A stretch of 63,971 nucleotides of DNA, filler included, from Octopus bimaculoides (lineage: Eukaryota), in assembly GCF_001194135.2 (NCBI RefSeq). It is 4 parts of 4 records of this genome, joined end to end, with 100 filler letters (N's around TTAATTAATTAA, not from the genome) between each part and the next. Parts side by side here need not be neighbours in the genome. Positions count along the whole stretch, not along the records: positions 1 to 29,512 come from NC_068984.1; 3 more parts are not named here. One strand, given 5' to 3'. A model generated the notes under the pieces. The model was not told the origin of the DNA. It ran no database searches and saw nothing but the letters and a program-made list of their open reading frames with translations. Both the position numbers and the translations under genes were made by a program. Shown piece after piece: positions 1 through 11,974 of this stretch; position 1 is the stretch's first letter; each line of letters begins with the position of its first letter.

Positions 1-128
1 ATATATATATATATATATATATATACCCGAATATATACATATATATATGTATATATATGTATGTATGCATATATATGTGTATATATATATGTGTGTGTGT
101 GTGTATATATGTATGTATCTATATATAT

Positions 129-493
129 GTGAAGGTGAAATGGCCCAATGGTTAAGGCAGCGGACTCACAGTTTCAATTCCTAGACCGGCTGTTGTGAGT
201 GTTTATTGAGTGAAAACAGCTAAAGCTCCACGAGACTCTGGGAAGAAGTGGTGGCGAATCCTGCTGTACTCTTTCACCACAACTTCCTCTCACTCTTTCT
301 TCCTGTTTCTTTTGTACCTGTATTTCAAAAGGCCAGCCTTGTCACATTCTGTGTCACGTTAAATCTCCCCGAGAACTACTTTAAGGGTACACGTCTCAGT
401 GGAGTGCTCAGCCACTTGCACGTTAATTTCGCGAGCAGGCTGTTCCGTTGATTGGATCAACTGGAACCCTTGTCGTTGTAACCAACGGAGTGC
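129..493 (+). mobile_element. tRNA-headed SINE, family B
   Basis: A-box-like tggcccaatgg; colinear with the copies at 26047-26434 and 63870-63971. Confidence 0.85.
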
Positions 494-544
494 TATGATA
501 TATATACATATAAATATGTATATCTATCTATCTATCTATCGCCA

Positions 545-735
545 TGATAGATCGCTGACCACAACATTCAAATTTTTTTCTCCATGTTTTTCTCCTTATT
601 CTTTCTCTTGAAGAGCGTAGCTTGAAATGTTAAAGACTTTCTCTCTTCCCGAGCGTTAAACTAATACATCCTTTTGTTGTTTACACCACCTGTCCTCGTC
701 TGTTGATGTTTTTTTCATAAATTCTCCCATGCTCC
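545..735 (+). mobile_element. Penelope-like pLTR relic with degenerate hammerhead (600-636)
   Basis: tcttt-CTCTTGA-A-gagc-gta-gctt-GAAA-tgtt-aaaga: stem I and stem II pair, but the core is mutated. The 3' flank (ttcccgagcgt) is shared with the 60300-60480 copy. Confidence 0.55.
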
Positions 736-1393
736 CTTAATTNNNNNNNNNNNNNNNNNNNNNNNNNNNNNNNNNNNNNNNNNNNNNNNNNNNNNNNNNN
801 NNNNNNNNNNNNNNNNNNNNNNNNNNNNNNNNNNNNNNNNNNNNNNNNNNNNNNNNNNNNNNNNNNNNNNNNNNNNNNNNNNNNNNNNNNNNNNNNNNNN
901 NNNNNNNNNNNNNNNNNNNNNNNNNNNNNNNNNNNNNNNNNNNNNNNNNNNNNNNNNNNNNNNNNNNNNNNNNNNNNNNNNNNNNNNNNNNNNNNNNNNN
1001 NNNNNNNNNNNNNNNNNNNNNNNNNNNNNNNNNNNNNNNNNNNNNNNNNNNNNNNNNNNNNNNNNNNNNNNNNNNNNNNNNNNNNNNNNNNNNNNNNNNN
1101 NNNNNNNNNNNNNNNNNNNNNNNNNNNNNNNNNNNNNNNNNNNNNNNNNNNNNNNNNNNNNNNNNNNNNNNNNNNNNNNNNNNNNNNNNNNNNNNNNNNN
1201 NNNNNNNNNNNNNNNNNNNNNNNNNNNNNNNNNNNNNNNNNNNNNNNNNNNNNNNNNNNNNNNNNNNNNNNNNNNNNNNNNNNNNNNNNNNNNNNNNNNN
1301 NNNNNNNNNNNNNNNNNNNNNNNNNNNNNNNNNNNNNNNNNNNNNNNNNNNNNNNNNNNNNNNNNNNNNNNNNNNNNNNNNNNNNNNNNNNNN

Positions 1394-1733
1394 TGGCATC
1401 TTGGGCAAGTGCCTTCTACTATAGCCTCGGGCCGACCAATGCCTTGTGAGTGGATTTGGTAGACGGAAACTGAAAGAAGCCCGTCGTATATGTGTATATA
1501 TATGTGTATGTGTGTGTGTGTGTTTGTATGTCTGTGTTTGTCCCCCCAACATCGCTTGACAACCGATGCTGGTGTGTTTATGTCCCCGTAACTTAGTGGT
1601 TCGGCAAAAGAGACCGATAGAATAAGTACTAGGCTTCCAAAGAATAAGTCCTGGGGTCGATTTCTTCGACTAAAGGCGGTGCTCCAGCATGGCCGCAGTC
1701 AAAAGACTGAAACAAGTAAAAGAGTAAAAGAGT
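1394..1733 (+). mobile_element. SINE family A (5' end in gap)
   Basis: ttgggcaagtg...gccttgtgagtggatttggtagacggaaactgaaagaagcc, internal microsatellite, and tail ending gactgaaacaagtaaaagag. More than 10 copies in the window. Confidence 0.9.
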
Positions 1734-1744
1734 AATGTGTGTCT

Positions 1745-2640
1745 GAGAATTACAGAGCATAGAAAAGAGTCTATAAGGAGGTTAGAAGAAAGTCCAGTCA
1801 CAACGATGGTAAATACCAGTTCGTATTCAAGGTACACGGTGGTTGAGGTGCTGTAACAAGAAGTTGAGGCTGCATAGCAGAGCCGGAGAAGAGGCACATG
1901 TCGTGTAAGAAGTTGTGGCTTCAATGCTGCTGCCAGTTACTTGGTATGGGAGTTTGTCGCAGGTTATATTTGCTGTTAACCATGGTGAAGTAATTCACAA
2001 ACAGCGTAGAGAATAGCTGTGCGAGCGTTGCTGGTTGGTGTGTACGTAGAGAGATGATGGCAACGCTAAGAAGCTGGAAGCGACGAAGATGGAGTCTGCC
2101 ATAAGCTGATGGTTGAGTGTTGAGTCTACATGACGCTTTTGTTGTGTCATCGCTGGAACTGGCTGTGTGCTCTGTGGTCAGTGGCTAGACCTCAAGGTCT
2201 TGAGTCGAGAAGACTGACAAACTGTGATGGTGAGAAACTAGCTGTTTATACCATACTGTCGGTTCAAGCTGGTGTTCAGAAAAGACTGTCTCGCGTGACC
2301 TTATCTGAAAGCTGCGATTGGTTGGGTTGCATCTTGGCTCGCAATAGAACAGGAGACAAATTGCACCAGTACCAACAAGAGTGGTGGACACAACAGGGTC
2401 CTAAAGTGCGGCCGGAGGCTAGCTGTTATCCACTACGTCTGTATTCATGTATATATAACAGGGAGAGAGAGAAGTATCCCTTAAGGCGTACGCTACACCC
2501 TCATTTAATCTTACTGAATACCAACTATATATATAGATATATATGGTAATTTTATATAAGCTTAAAGCTTATGGTGATCACTGTACAATAACGAAGGAAA
2601 ATAGCCTAATAAAGGGGCGAACCCGTGACACACCGAAATA
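1745..2640 (-). mobile_element. Possible decayed Penelope-like 5' ORF/pLTR fragment
   Basis: Broken minus-strand reading (LSDKVTR..FLNTSLNRQ..GRLHLRRFQLL) has a composition like the PLE fragment at 27822-28178. Many stops. Confidence 0.3.
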
Positions 2641-2904
2641 TATATATATNNNNNNNNNNAAACATTTCAAGTCGTTCTAAATGACTTGCGATACTTGTCT
2701 TGGCATGGTTTTGTTATCCTTTTTCTTCTAATATAATACATACTCAGAAGCCAAACACAAATCACTAGCTGCAGCTTCAGCCGTGAAGTTGGAATGTAAC
2801 AGATGACCAATTATAGCATTTACTCAGCCTATCTATTCGTTTAGATCACCAGTGAATTAAACCCCTTATATATATATATATATATATATGTGCATATATA
2901 TATG

Positions 2905-3625
2905 TAGGCATAACTACAGATTTCTGCCCCACACCCCACTTTGAATGATCATAACTTTCAGAAAAATGGATATTTTTTAAGGAAATTTTCTACGAATATG
3001 CGTTATATCACGTAGATTCCGAATATACAAAACTTTTAGGGGAAAGTGTTTTAGGAGGGAGTAGGGTGCGGAATTTCTGAAAGTTCACCGGCGTCCACTT
3101 CAGTTCGTCTTATCTTTCAAGAAAATGGATATTTTTTAATGACGTTCTCTACAAATATGCCTCGGACTATGTAGATTCGGAGAATTTTTTGGGAAAACAA
3201 TTGGGGGTTATTTTTGAGGATCGTTCTCCACTCGGAGTGTTTCGGAACGAGTCGTCCATATTTGTTTCATTTTCTCTGTTTTGTGCGTTTGTGCATCCGT
3301 AGATTTCTACTGACGCAACAAACGGGCAATGAAGGCAAATGAAGACCTCACCAGAAAACTTGTTATGCTAAAAATAACAGCTACAGCTCTGGTACACAGA
3401 AATATGTTATGAAGACGACTTACATGTTGCATACGATCTCATTTTCACTTTAAGTAAATTCCCAGGTAAACGTTTCTAATAGAGAGGCAGAAGACACCAG
3501 AAGCAAAAATAAATAATATACACGCACAGTTAAGTATAGAAGTGTAAAGTATAATTTGTTACATAATTTCTATAGTAAACATGATGTTGAATGAAATAAT
3601 TCCCCGTTTGAACTTTTTTAATTAC

Positions 3626-3657
<32 letters not shown>

Positions 3658-3931
3658 TTGTGTCGTAGAAGAAATTTACGGATGCACAAACGCACAAAAC
3701 CGAGAAAATGAAACAATTATGAACTACTTGTTCCGAAACATCCTCGAGTGGGTAACGGTTCTCAAAAATAACCCCCAGTTGTTTTCCCCCCAAATTCCTA
3801 TGTTCTCGGAATCTTCATAGTCCGAGGTATATTTGTAAACACTTTCCCCCACAAGTTTTGGATATTCGAAATCTACATGATATAGCACATATTCGCAGAG
3901 TCGGAGGGGCAGAAATCTGTAGTTATGCCTA
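2905..3931. mobile_element. Foldback-type non-autonomous DNA transposon (MITE)
   Basis: Perfect 26-bp terminal inverted repeat taggcataactacagatttctgcccc (2905-2930 / 3906-3931), including a terminal TA. Long imperfect subterminal inverted arms. Confidence 0.85.
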
Positions 3932-6016
3932 TATATATNNNNNNNNNNNNNNNNNNNNNNNNNNNNNNNNNNNNNNNNNNNNNNNNNNNNNNNNNNNNNN
4001 NNNNNNNNNNNNNNNNNNNNNNNNNNNNNNNNNNNNNNNNNNNNNNNNNNNNNNNNNNNNNNNNNNNNNNNNNNNNNNNNNNNNNNNNNNNNNNNNNNNN
4101 NNNNNNNNNNNNNNNNNNNNNNNNNNNNNNNNNNNNNNNNNNNNNNNNNNNNNNNNNNNNNNNNNNNNNNNNNNNNNNNNNNNNNNNNNNNNNNNNNNNN
4201 NNNNNNNNNNNNNNNNNNNNNNNNNNNNNNNNNNNNNNNNNNNNNNNNNNNNNNNNNNNNNNNNNNNNNNNNNNNNNNNNNNNNNNNNNNNNNNNNNNNN
4301 NNNNNNNNNNNNNNNNNNNNNNNNNNNNNNNNNNNNNNNNNNNNNNNNNNNNNNNNNNNNNNNNNNNNNNNNNNNNNNNNNNNNNNNNNNNNNNNNNNNN
4401 NNNNNNNNNNNNNNNNNNNNNNNNNNNNNNNNNNNNNNNNNNNNNNNNNNNNNNNNNNNNNNNNNNNNNNNNNNNNNNNNNNNNNNNNNNNNNNNNNNNN
4501 NNNNNNNNNNNNNNNNNNNNNNNTATATATATATATATATATATATATTTGTGTGATTTGTACAGTTTCCCGTAAACCTCTACATTTAAACTTCCTCTCC
4601 ACATTTATTTTGATAATCTTAACAGATTTCCTCCCATTGTCTTTTAACATAATTTTCTAATTTATTTATCTTTCTTAAGAAACAATTTTATAAAATAGAC
4701 TACATGTTATTCCTTTTCATAGCTTTATAAACTCCAAGCTTTATTAGCTTTAACTTAATTACATAATTAAAAACAAACACTAACAGAACAAACCGTCACA
4801 TCCGTTTCGGCTAGATTTCTTCTCTCTCTATATTTCTGTATAAGATGCTTGCAAAATAAACTTATTTAATTTTAAAGTTGTTTATCTGAATCAATAAACT
4901 AGCTTAATTTGTTATTTTTCATTTATTTAAATTAAAATCGTGAAAGTTTTCTTGCTATTGTTGTCGTAAAGGAGAAAACGGTGTAAACTTAAAATAATAC
5001 CCCATAAATATATTGTCTGAAATGGGGTCACATAATTCTAACAGTTATAAGAATACATTTGATGTGTTATTGTCCCTGTATATTATTTACTCAAAAACCT
5101 GTCCTGCATGTATAAGACAGCTTTGTAGAACAATATATACTCATACATTACGCACATTTACAGATAATATAGACATTTAGTAATACTAACTAGGTTATTA
5201 GTATTCTCCGCTGAAGGTTTTCATTTTTTCTTCTAGTTTTGCTTTAGGAATTTATTCAATAATAATGAAAAAAATTACTATCGATTTTTTTTTCTTTTTG
5301 TTGTGTTTATGTTTTTCTGCATTCGAGTATAGGAATTTCGTCCCAAAACCAAACGCAATATTTCAAATTATGTAAAACAATATTGATTTATATTTTGGTG
5401 AGATAGGAAAAGCTTGACTGACGTTTATTTCAGTTCAGGTGTCCTTCGTGATTATGTGAATAAATTAGATTGCTACAGAAGTCCATAGCATTTTTGACAA
5501 AGTAATGAAAACACCAGGAAGAAGAAAAAGAAAAAAAACAAAAGCAAGAGTAGGTGAATATTATTCATATTACTGCCCCACATTGATGTGGTCCATGTTT
5601 TAACCTGAATATCTTTTGGAAAAACGTGGGTGGCACTGTATTCTGGAGAATTACAGGGTGGACTTTGGGAATAGTTATCACTACGTCATGGGGAAAGAAA
5701 AGGACAAGGAATTGGAGTGAGGTGAGAATTACAATTTGCGTTGCATGAAACACATGAATAGTAACAACAGAAAAAGAGTGGAGTAAAGAACTCTGATAGT
5801 TTTAGTTCTTTGGAGGAAGGTTTGGCATCTGGGAGGTTAGACTAGTAAGGAGAGATGAGTGTGAAGGGAGAAGGTAAATGACTGAGTAGCTCAGAACTTT
5901 GTTGGTCAGTCAATCCTGACTGAACAGACCTGTGATTAATCGTAATCAAGCCATGATATTTTAGGGGTAAGCTAGTGAATAAATCTTTACTGATCATTCA
6001 ATTGGCTCTCTTTCAG

Positions 6017-6086
6017 ATGTTGTATTGAATGTTTGTGTGTGTGAATGGCAGTAGCACTATTCTGCAGATGTGAACAATACTCCATT
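6017..6086 (+). other. Candidate upstream CTCF exon (70 nt)
   Basis: ctctctttcAG acceptor (6015-6016) and GTAAGT donor (6087-6092). No transcript evidence. Confidence 0.25.
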
Positions 6087-6217
6087 GTAAGTCTTGAACC
6101 TTGTAGAGAGTTAGAAACTGTTAGAGGATGAATGGTTTTGTGGCTTTAATCTTCTAGCAACCCTCGAGATGGCCAACTCCTGTCAAACTGTCCAAACCAT
6201 GCCAGCATGGAGAACAG

Positions 6218-6346
6218 ACATTAGATGATGATTGTTTATTTTTAGAATGATATTGTAGGATAGGTATGAATGGATCTGGCTGGTTTGAACATAAAACGGG
6301 TTGAATATTTGGGCCAGAGATGGCTGGTTTAAATTCTTAAGAGTTA
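6218..6346 (+). mobile_element. Partial copy of piggyBac-type MITE
   Basis: Matches the 3' half of 13929-14143 (gatgattgtttatttttagaatg...gggccaga..tggctggtttaaat). Confidence 0.6.
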
Positions 6347-8479
6347 AAGAGGAATCACAGTCCCAGTGATGCAGTTTTTGGTTTTGTTGCATGAGAGATC
6401 ATTCAAAACTGAAGCCTTGAATTTGTAGAAACTTTCAGATGTTTTGTTGTATGTTTATAATTGGTGAGGGTGAGATATTAGGATTCCTTAGATTTGTATC
6501 ATGATTGAGCTATGTGGATGTTTAATAGGGAGAAAGACTAGATTGTCATTTCTCCTTGAAAGATTCTTACAAAGTCTTTCCTTATGCATTTTATATGTAA
6601 TGTCTGATATGGAGTACTTGAGTTGCATGTGGATGATCATCGTGCAGAATGTTACGGAGGAATTTGTTTATTTTACATCTGTTTTTCTATGTTAGCATGG
6701 ATTGAATAATATATTATTCAGGCCTTGTTTTTCACTTAGACTCTCTTCCTGTTGCTAATTGTTACCTGTCTTTCAAGAAAGGAGTCTTTTATTTTACACA
6801 TCTATTAAGGTGTGAAGTAAGCAACAAATTGCTGATTGAAGTAATAACAACAATATTCATAGTGACTGTTGTAGAGTGCAGATGTAAAGAAACGTACTAA
6901 GGCACACCCACACACACACACACAATGGCTAATTTCCAAAATTTGAAGCCATTATCTCTATTAATACACTAAGGCCAAATGCACCTCCTAAGAATGGATC
7001 AGTATTGTGGGAACCCAAAGAAAACAGTGAGCTGCACAAGTCCAGTGTCCACTCCTTGCTTTCATTCCCAGCAGACCACCAGTACCCAACCTGCCACAGA
7101 ACATTCTGAGCATACATTGGCCTGATCAGTAACAGTTGGTCACACTGTGATGCATCTTCTCCCTTGTGATGTTCTGGTCATCGTTGACAACGGATGAACA
7201 TTATAAAGGAGTGTGTGTCAGAAGAGACATAAAGTTAGTCATTAATAAGCAGAACAAAGAATATGGGGTAACATCAAAGTTTGTAGAATGTGGGTTGGAG
7301 AGAACCCCAGTTGTGTGGTCTTACAAGAAGCTTCTAATCCAAGAAACAAGAGATGACTGTTGTTGTTTATTATCCAAGTCATCCCCGGTCAAGCAGACAT
7401 ATATTTTTAGCCATTCCAGTATAGCCATTCTAATTTTTTTGTATATTCATGACTTCATTATCATGTTGTCCATGACTACTTCATTCAATGTGTCCTTCCT
7501 TTCTGTATGATGGCAGGGTTAGATTTTTGTTATGACTGTTACTTCTAGAAGCTCAAGGGACACATAGACTCCTTATGCGACCAAGCGATTAAGGTGATGG
7601 ACTATTAACCCTCCAGGAGAGATAGATTAAAACTATAGGTGAGCAACATTTTTTTGTGGTTTTGTCAGAAGAGGAAGGGCAATTCCCATTACCTCTTCAT
7701 AGTCTCTAACACCAGTTGGGGGAGGGAGGAATTTGTCTTCACACTGGAGACCTGTGTTGAATTCTTGCAGTAGATGGGGTTCCATTGAAGCACCCTAGTG
7801 GTGATATTAAACTGGGCAACAGATTAACCTACTGCTCAAGAACAGGAATGGCTGCTCTTACAGGCTTCTGCACAGTTTCTTTCTGTTAAATATCCACATA
7901 GTTTTGGTTGATGTGAAGCTACAGTATTTATGCGAACCCCATAATTGTGAAGCAAACATTGTAATTATACAGCCAAACTTGAACACATTTGGTGATGTAA
8001 ACAGCAAATACAGAGATGTTTTCAGTTATTAACTTAGCTGCTTTGGTTGGGGAGTGATGAACAGGAAATTTTTGTAAAGCAGAGATCCTGTTGGCAAGGG
8101 ATCAAAAGTCTCTATTTGCAATTTGAGATCCTTGAAAGCCCTCTAAAGTGTGTGATATTTACTTTTGTGAGTAAAAGCCTCTCAGTAGTTGTGGGTAATT
8201 TTTGCCCATGTCCTGTGAAGTACTCAATGCGGTTGGCATTGGAAAGTATATCAAGCTTTTGAAACCATACCAAAATGAAATTAAGAGCATGATACAGTGT
8301 TTGAACTCATTGCATCTTGTTAAACTGTCCAACTAGCATAGAAGTTGGATGTCAAAAGATGATGAAATGATAATGAATTGTAGGCAGTGTTCTGTTCTCA
8401 TACTGTGACAAGACCTATCTCTCTCATTCCAGTTTAAAGTGTATTGGAAAGAGTTGGGGCATGTATCCAAGAAAGTGTG

Positions 8480-9085
8480 GTGAAGAGTGGGGCTAATTCT
8501 GATGCATGTTGGTTATCATTACTGTTTTTTTTATCATGTTTGTATGGATTGGATGAGCCTTTTCCAGCACAGCATCTCATCACTTGTTGTTATCTCATAT
8601 CATCTTTGTGAGGTTCAGCTTCCTGAAGTCTGCTGTCATTACTTTATCTCCATGTGTTTCTCAACCCCTGGTTCTTTCCACTTAGATTGTTTGAGTATTC
8701 TTTTTTACATAACTAACATACAAACACAGTCTTCTCTCTTGCACATTAGTACTGATTCCTCTTATACCCAGATTTTCTCTCAGCTCATTTGTGCTCCAAT
8801 GTTCCTTCACACAACGATCCAGTAGAATGAGGTTAATTTCTTTCCTGCCTTTGTACATCATCTGCAGTTAGTGCTTCATTTTACTACAGTGCAGTATCAC
8901 ACTTTATACACAAGCATCTTGCAGTTTGCATTTCACTTAGAGAAAGAACTCCTTTGTTGCCAGCAGAGCTGATAGATATCTGAACTCTTTACTATTTTGG
9001 TTACTATTTTTTGTAACACATACCTCATGTTATCTCAGCTCTGCTTTTGTTGCTGAGGTAATAAAAGCTGTCAACTACTTCTAGG
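8480..9085 (-). mobile_element. Decayed RTE-clade LINE, RT C-terminal region
   Basis: Minus-strand remnants LEVVDSFYYL, LLATKEFFL*VK, DACV, ELRENLGIRGI match the better RTE copy at 20941-21241. Confidence 0.7.
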
Positions 9086-9370
9086 AAGCCAACAGAGCCT
9101 TTGAAAGAATTTATTTTATTAGCACTTTCACTACTAATTACTGCAGTACATTTGCTTCGTACAAATTTCTTCTTTGGAATTACATGATTGTAAAACAAAA
9201 CTTCTTAACCTCATGGCCATATCAGTACCCATTTATAAAATTTATTTTCATAAAATCTATGATGTCTAGAAAGTCTTGGTTTAACATGTGCTTTATTTCT
9301 TCTTTGTTGACTTACCTTCATTTAACTTCATTATGAATTTGAAAATCTATGTAGCTTAATGCATTTAAAA

Positions 9371-9386
9371 AATTTTTTATTTTTAG
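9371..9386 (+). promoter_or_regulatory. Splice acceptor of the CTCF main exon
   Basis: Pyrimidine tract aattttttatttttAG directly upstream of gtaaattccatcATG. Confidence 0.75.
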
Positions 9387-9398
9387 GTAAATTCCATC

Positions 9399-11921
9399 AT
9401 GGAAGATTCTTCAGCTGGTTCTGTCCAGGAAGGAGAAAATCTTAATGATTTGCAACATTACTTAGTGAACTTTAATAAAGAAATTGGAGCGGATGTACCA
9501 ACAGAATTGGATGATACAACAGTTCATGTGACAAGCAGAGAACATGATGCTGTTTTCATTTCTACCACAGAAACTACGTCTCCAGTTGTAGAAGGCACAG
9601 AAATTGTCAGTATGCAAGAATATTATACACCACCAACTGCAATTCTAAATACAGAAACAGATGCTGCTGATCAGATATCTTGTGTTGAAACAGTTCAAGG
9701 ACATTCAACAATAGAACTAGATGCTGCAGAAGCAGAGATTGTACATAAAATCTCAGATATTGTGCAAAATGATCATCTCTCTGCTGTTCATGCTCAGCTT
9801 GCAGAGTTATCTGGGAACCAAATTCAAGAATCTGGTTTTATTAATGGCTCTGAAATTACTGCAGAAGCATTTGCAAATAGTGAAAATGAGATTAATCGAA
9901 TAATTCGTGTGGTCTCTGTAGGTGGAGAAAAACACATGCATATCGAAGAAGCAAGTTTACAAGTTGTATCTGAGGATTCTTCAAATCAACAAATACTTTC
10001 TTCTGGTGATTTAGGGGTTCAGCAAATATCTGTTGATGACAGTCAAATAGTAACTGGTGAAGATACACAAACTATTATACGTCAAGATATTGATGGTACC
10101 AACCCCGTGGCTGTTCTTGCCTCTGTAGCAGCTAATACTATGTGTGCTTCAAGTCACTTGCAAGCAATGCCTGTCGGTTCACTACCCACTGAAATTCACA
10201 ATGCACAATTAGTTGCACTTCAGAATTCAGAAGACAGTTCTCAACCCCAGCTTGTTGCAGTTCAGTCTGCAGATGGTGTTACCTCAGAAACATTGCACGT
10301 AATTGACAATTCTCAGGTTTCTTCTTCCAACTCCTTCATTTTGCCCACAGCTGGCACAAATTACCAAACAGTGACTATTATGCCTTCTGATGGCAGTCGG
10401 AATGGGGAATTTAGTTATGTATTTATTGTGTCACAGGGTGATGGGGATAAAGACTTATCTGTGTATGATTTCAAAGAAGAACCACGGGAAATCACAGATG
10501 AAATTATTGAAGAAGATGGCACCACAAAACGAATTTTGAAAATAACTCCTAAAAAACTGTTCCAAACAAATCCAGCACAGTTAATGTGTCAGTACTGTAA
10601 TTATACAAGTCCTAAACGATATCTATTGACTCGGCACATGAAATCACATTCTGAAGATCGACCACACAAGTGTGATGTTTGTGGGCGTGGTTTTAAAACA
10701 ATGGCATCATTACAAAACCACCGAAACACTCACACTGGAACTCGACCCCACAAATGTAAACAGTGCCATGCAGCATTTACCACTTCAGGAGAACTTGTGC
10801 GTCATGTAAGATATCGTCATACATTTGAAAAACCTCATAAATGTTCTATGTGTGAGTATGCTAGTGTTGAACTGAGTAAGTTAAAGAGACACATGAGATC
10901 GCATACAGGAGAAAGGCCTTATCAATGTCAACACTGTTCGTATGCATCTCCTGACACTTACAAATTAAAGAGACATTTACGGATACACACTGGTGAAAAA
11001 CCATATGAATGTGACATTTGCCATGCTAAATTTACACAAAGTAACTCTCTCAAAGCTCACAAGCTGATTCATTCTGGCAATAAACCTGTATTTCAATGTA
11101 ATCTGTGCCCTACAACATGTGGACGGAAAACTGATCTTAAAATTCACATTCAAAAACTCCATACATGTGAAAAGCCACTTTGTTGTCGTAAATGTGGAAA
11201 AAATTTCCTTGACCGGTATTCCTATAAATTACACATGAAAAGTCATGAAGGGGAAAAATGTTTCAAGTGTAATCGTTGTGACTATGCAGCTTTATCTCAG
11301 CGTCATTTAGACAACCATTTACTTACTCATTCAGGAGAGAAACCTTTTGAATGTAATGAATGTGACCAGTCTTTTAGGCAAAAACAACTTCTAAAACGAC
11401 ACAAGAACCTCTATCATACACCTAATTATACTCCACCCAGGCCTAAGGAGAAAACTCATGAATGTTCAGAATGTGATAAAAGTTTTGCCCACAAGGGTAA
11501 TTTAATGCGACATCTCTCTTACCATGATTCAGAGGATGAGGCACTTCAGAAGGATCCTTTAAATAAACTGTCCCCCAGCCCCCATGTTCACCTCACTGCT
11601 CAGCAGTTGTTACAAAGTAGTTTAATATCTGATCTCCGAGAAGGCAAACTGGGTCCAGGGCGTATACCCCAAGTTGTTCTTGTGCATCCAGATGGTCGTG
11701 TTGAGGAAGTCACTTCTAAATTACAAAAAGTGCAGGATGCTGACCAAACAGCAGCAACATTTAGTTCTCATAACCAAGAAAAGAATATGGATGATATTTT
11801 TTTAGCTATGGAAGTCACTGCTGAAGCAATGAACAATGCTGGTACCTCGACTTTAAATTCTGATGGGATTCAAATTTTGAATACATCTGACGCTATTAAT
11901 GGAATAGCAGAAGTTAGTCAG
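9399..11921 (+). CDS. CTCF: CCCTC-binding factor (CTCF), main coding exon (aa 1-841); C-terminus expected in downstream exon(s)
   Basis: Eleven tandem C2H2 fingers with CTCF-diagnostic helices (TSGELVRHVRYRH, ELSKLKRH, DTYKLKRH, QSNSLKAH, RKTDL, RQKQLLKRH). Acidic N-terminus carries SVYDF. Acceptor ttttttatttttAG at 9385-9386 lies 12 nt before the ATG. Donor CAG|GTAAGA at 11921/11922 is phase 0. Confidence 0.95.
10587..11525 (+). other. CTCF: CTCF 11-zinc-finger array (ZF1 CQYC to ZF11 HLSYH)
   Basis: 11 C-x2-C-x12-H-x3/4-H units counted in the translation, with TGEKP-like linkers and a long PNYTPPRPKEKTH linker between ZF10 and ZF11. Confidence 0.95.
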
Positions 11922-11927
11922 GTAAGA
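11922..11927 (+). promoter_or_regulatory. Splice donor ending the CTCF main exon
   Basis: CAG|GTAAGA is a near-consensus donor. The ORF beyond it (VRIRFILIFS*) reads like intron. Confidence 0.8.
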
Positions 11928-11974
11928 ATCAGATTTATTCTTATTTTCTCTTAGAGATCATTTCCTTATATATA

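Noticed and set aside
2475-2510. Hairpin ggtgta-gcg-tacgcc on the minus strand as a hammerhead relic
   Set aside because: Both core halves are too divergent (AAATGA, TTAA) to support a call.
11922-11954. C-terminal VRIRFILIFS* of the 851-aa ORF
   Set aside because: Begins exactly at a consensus donor and is probably intron read-through.
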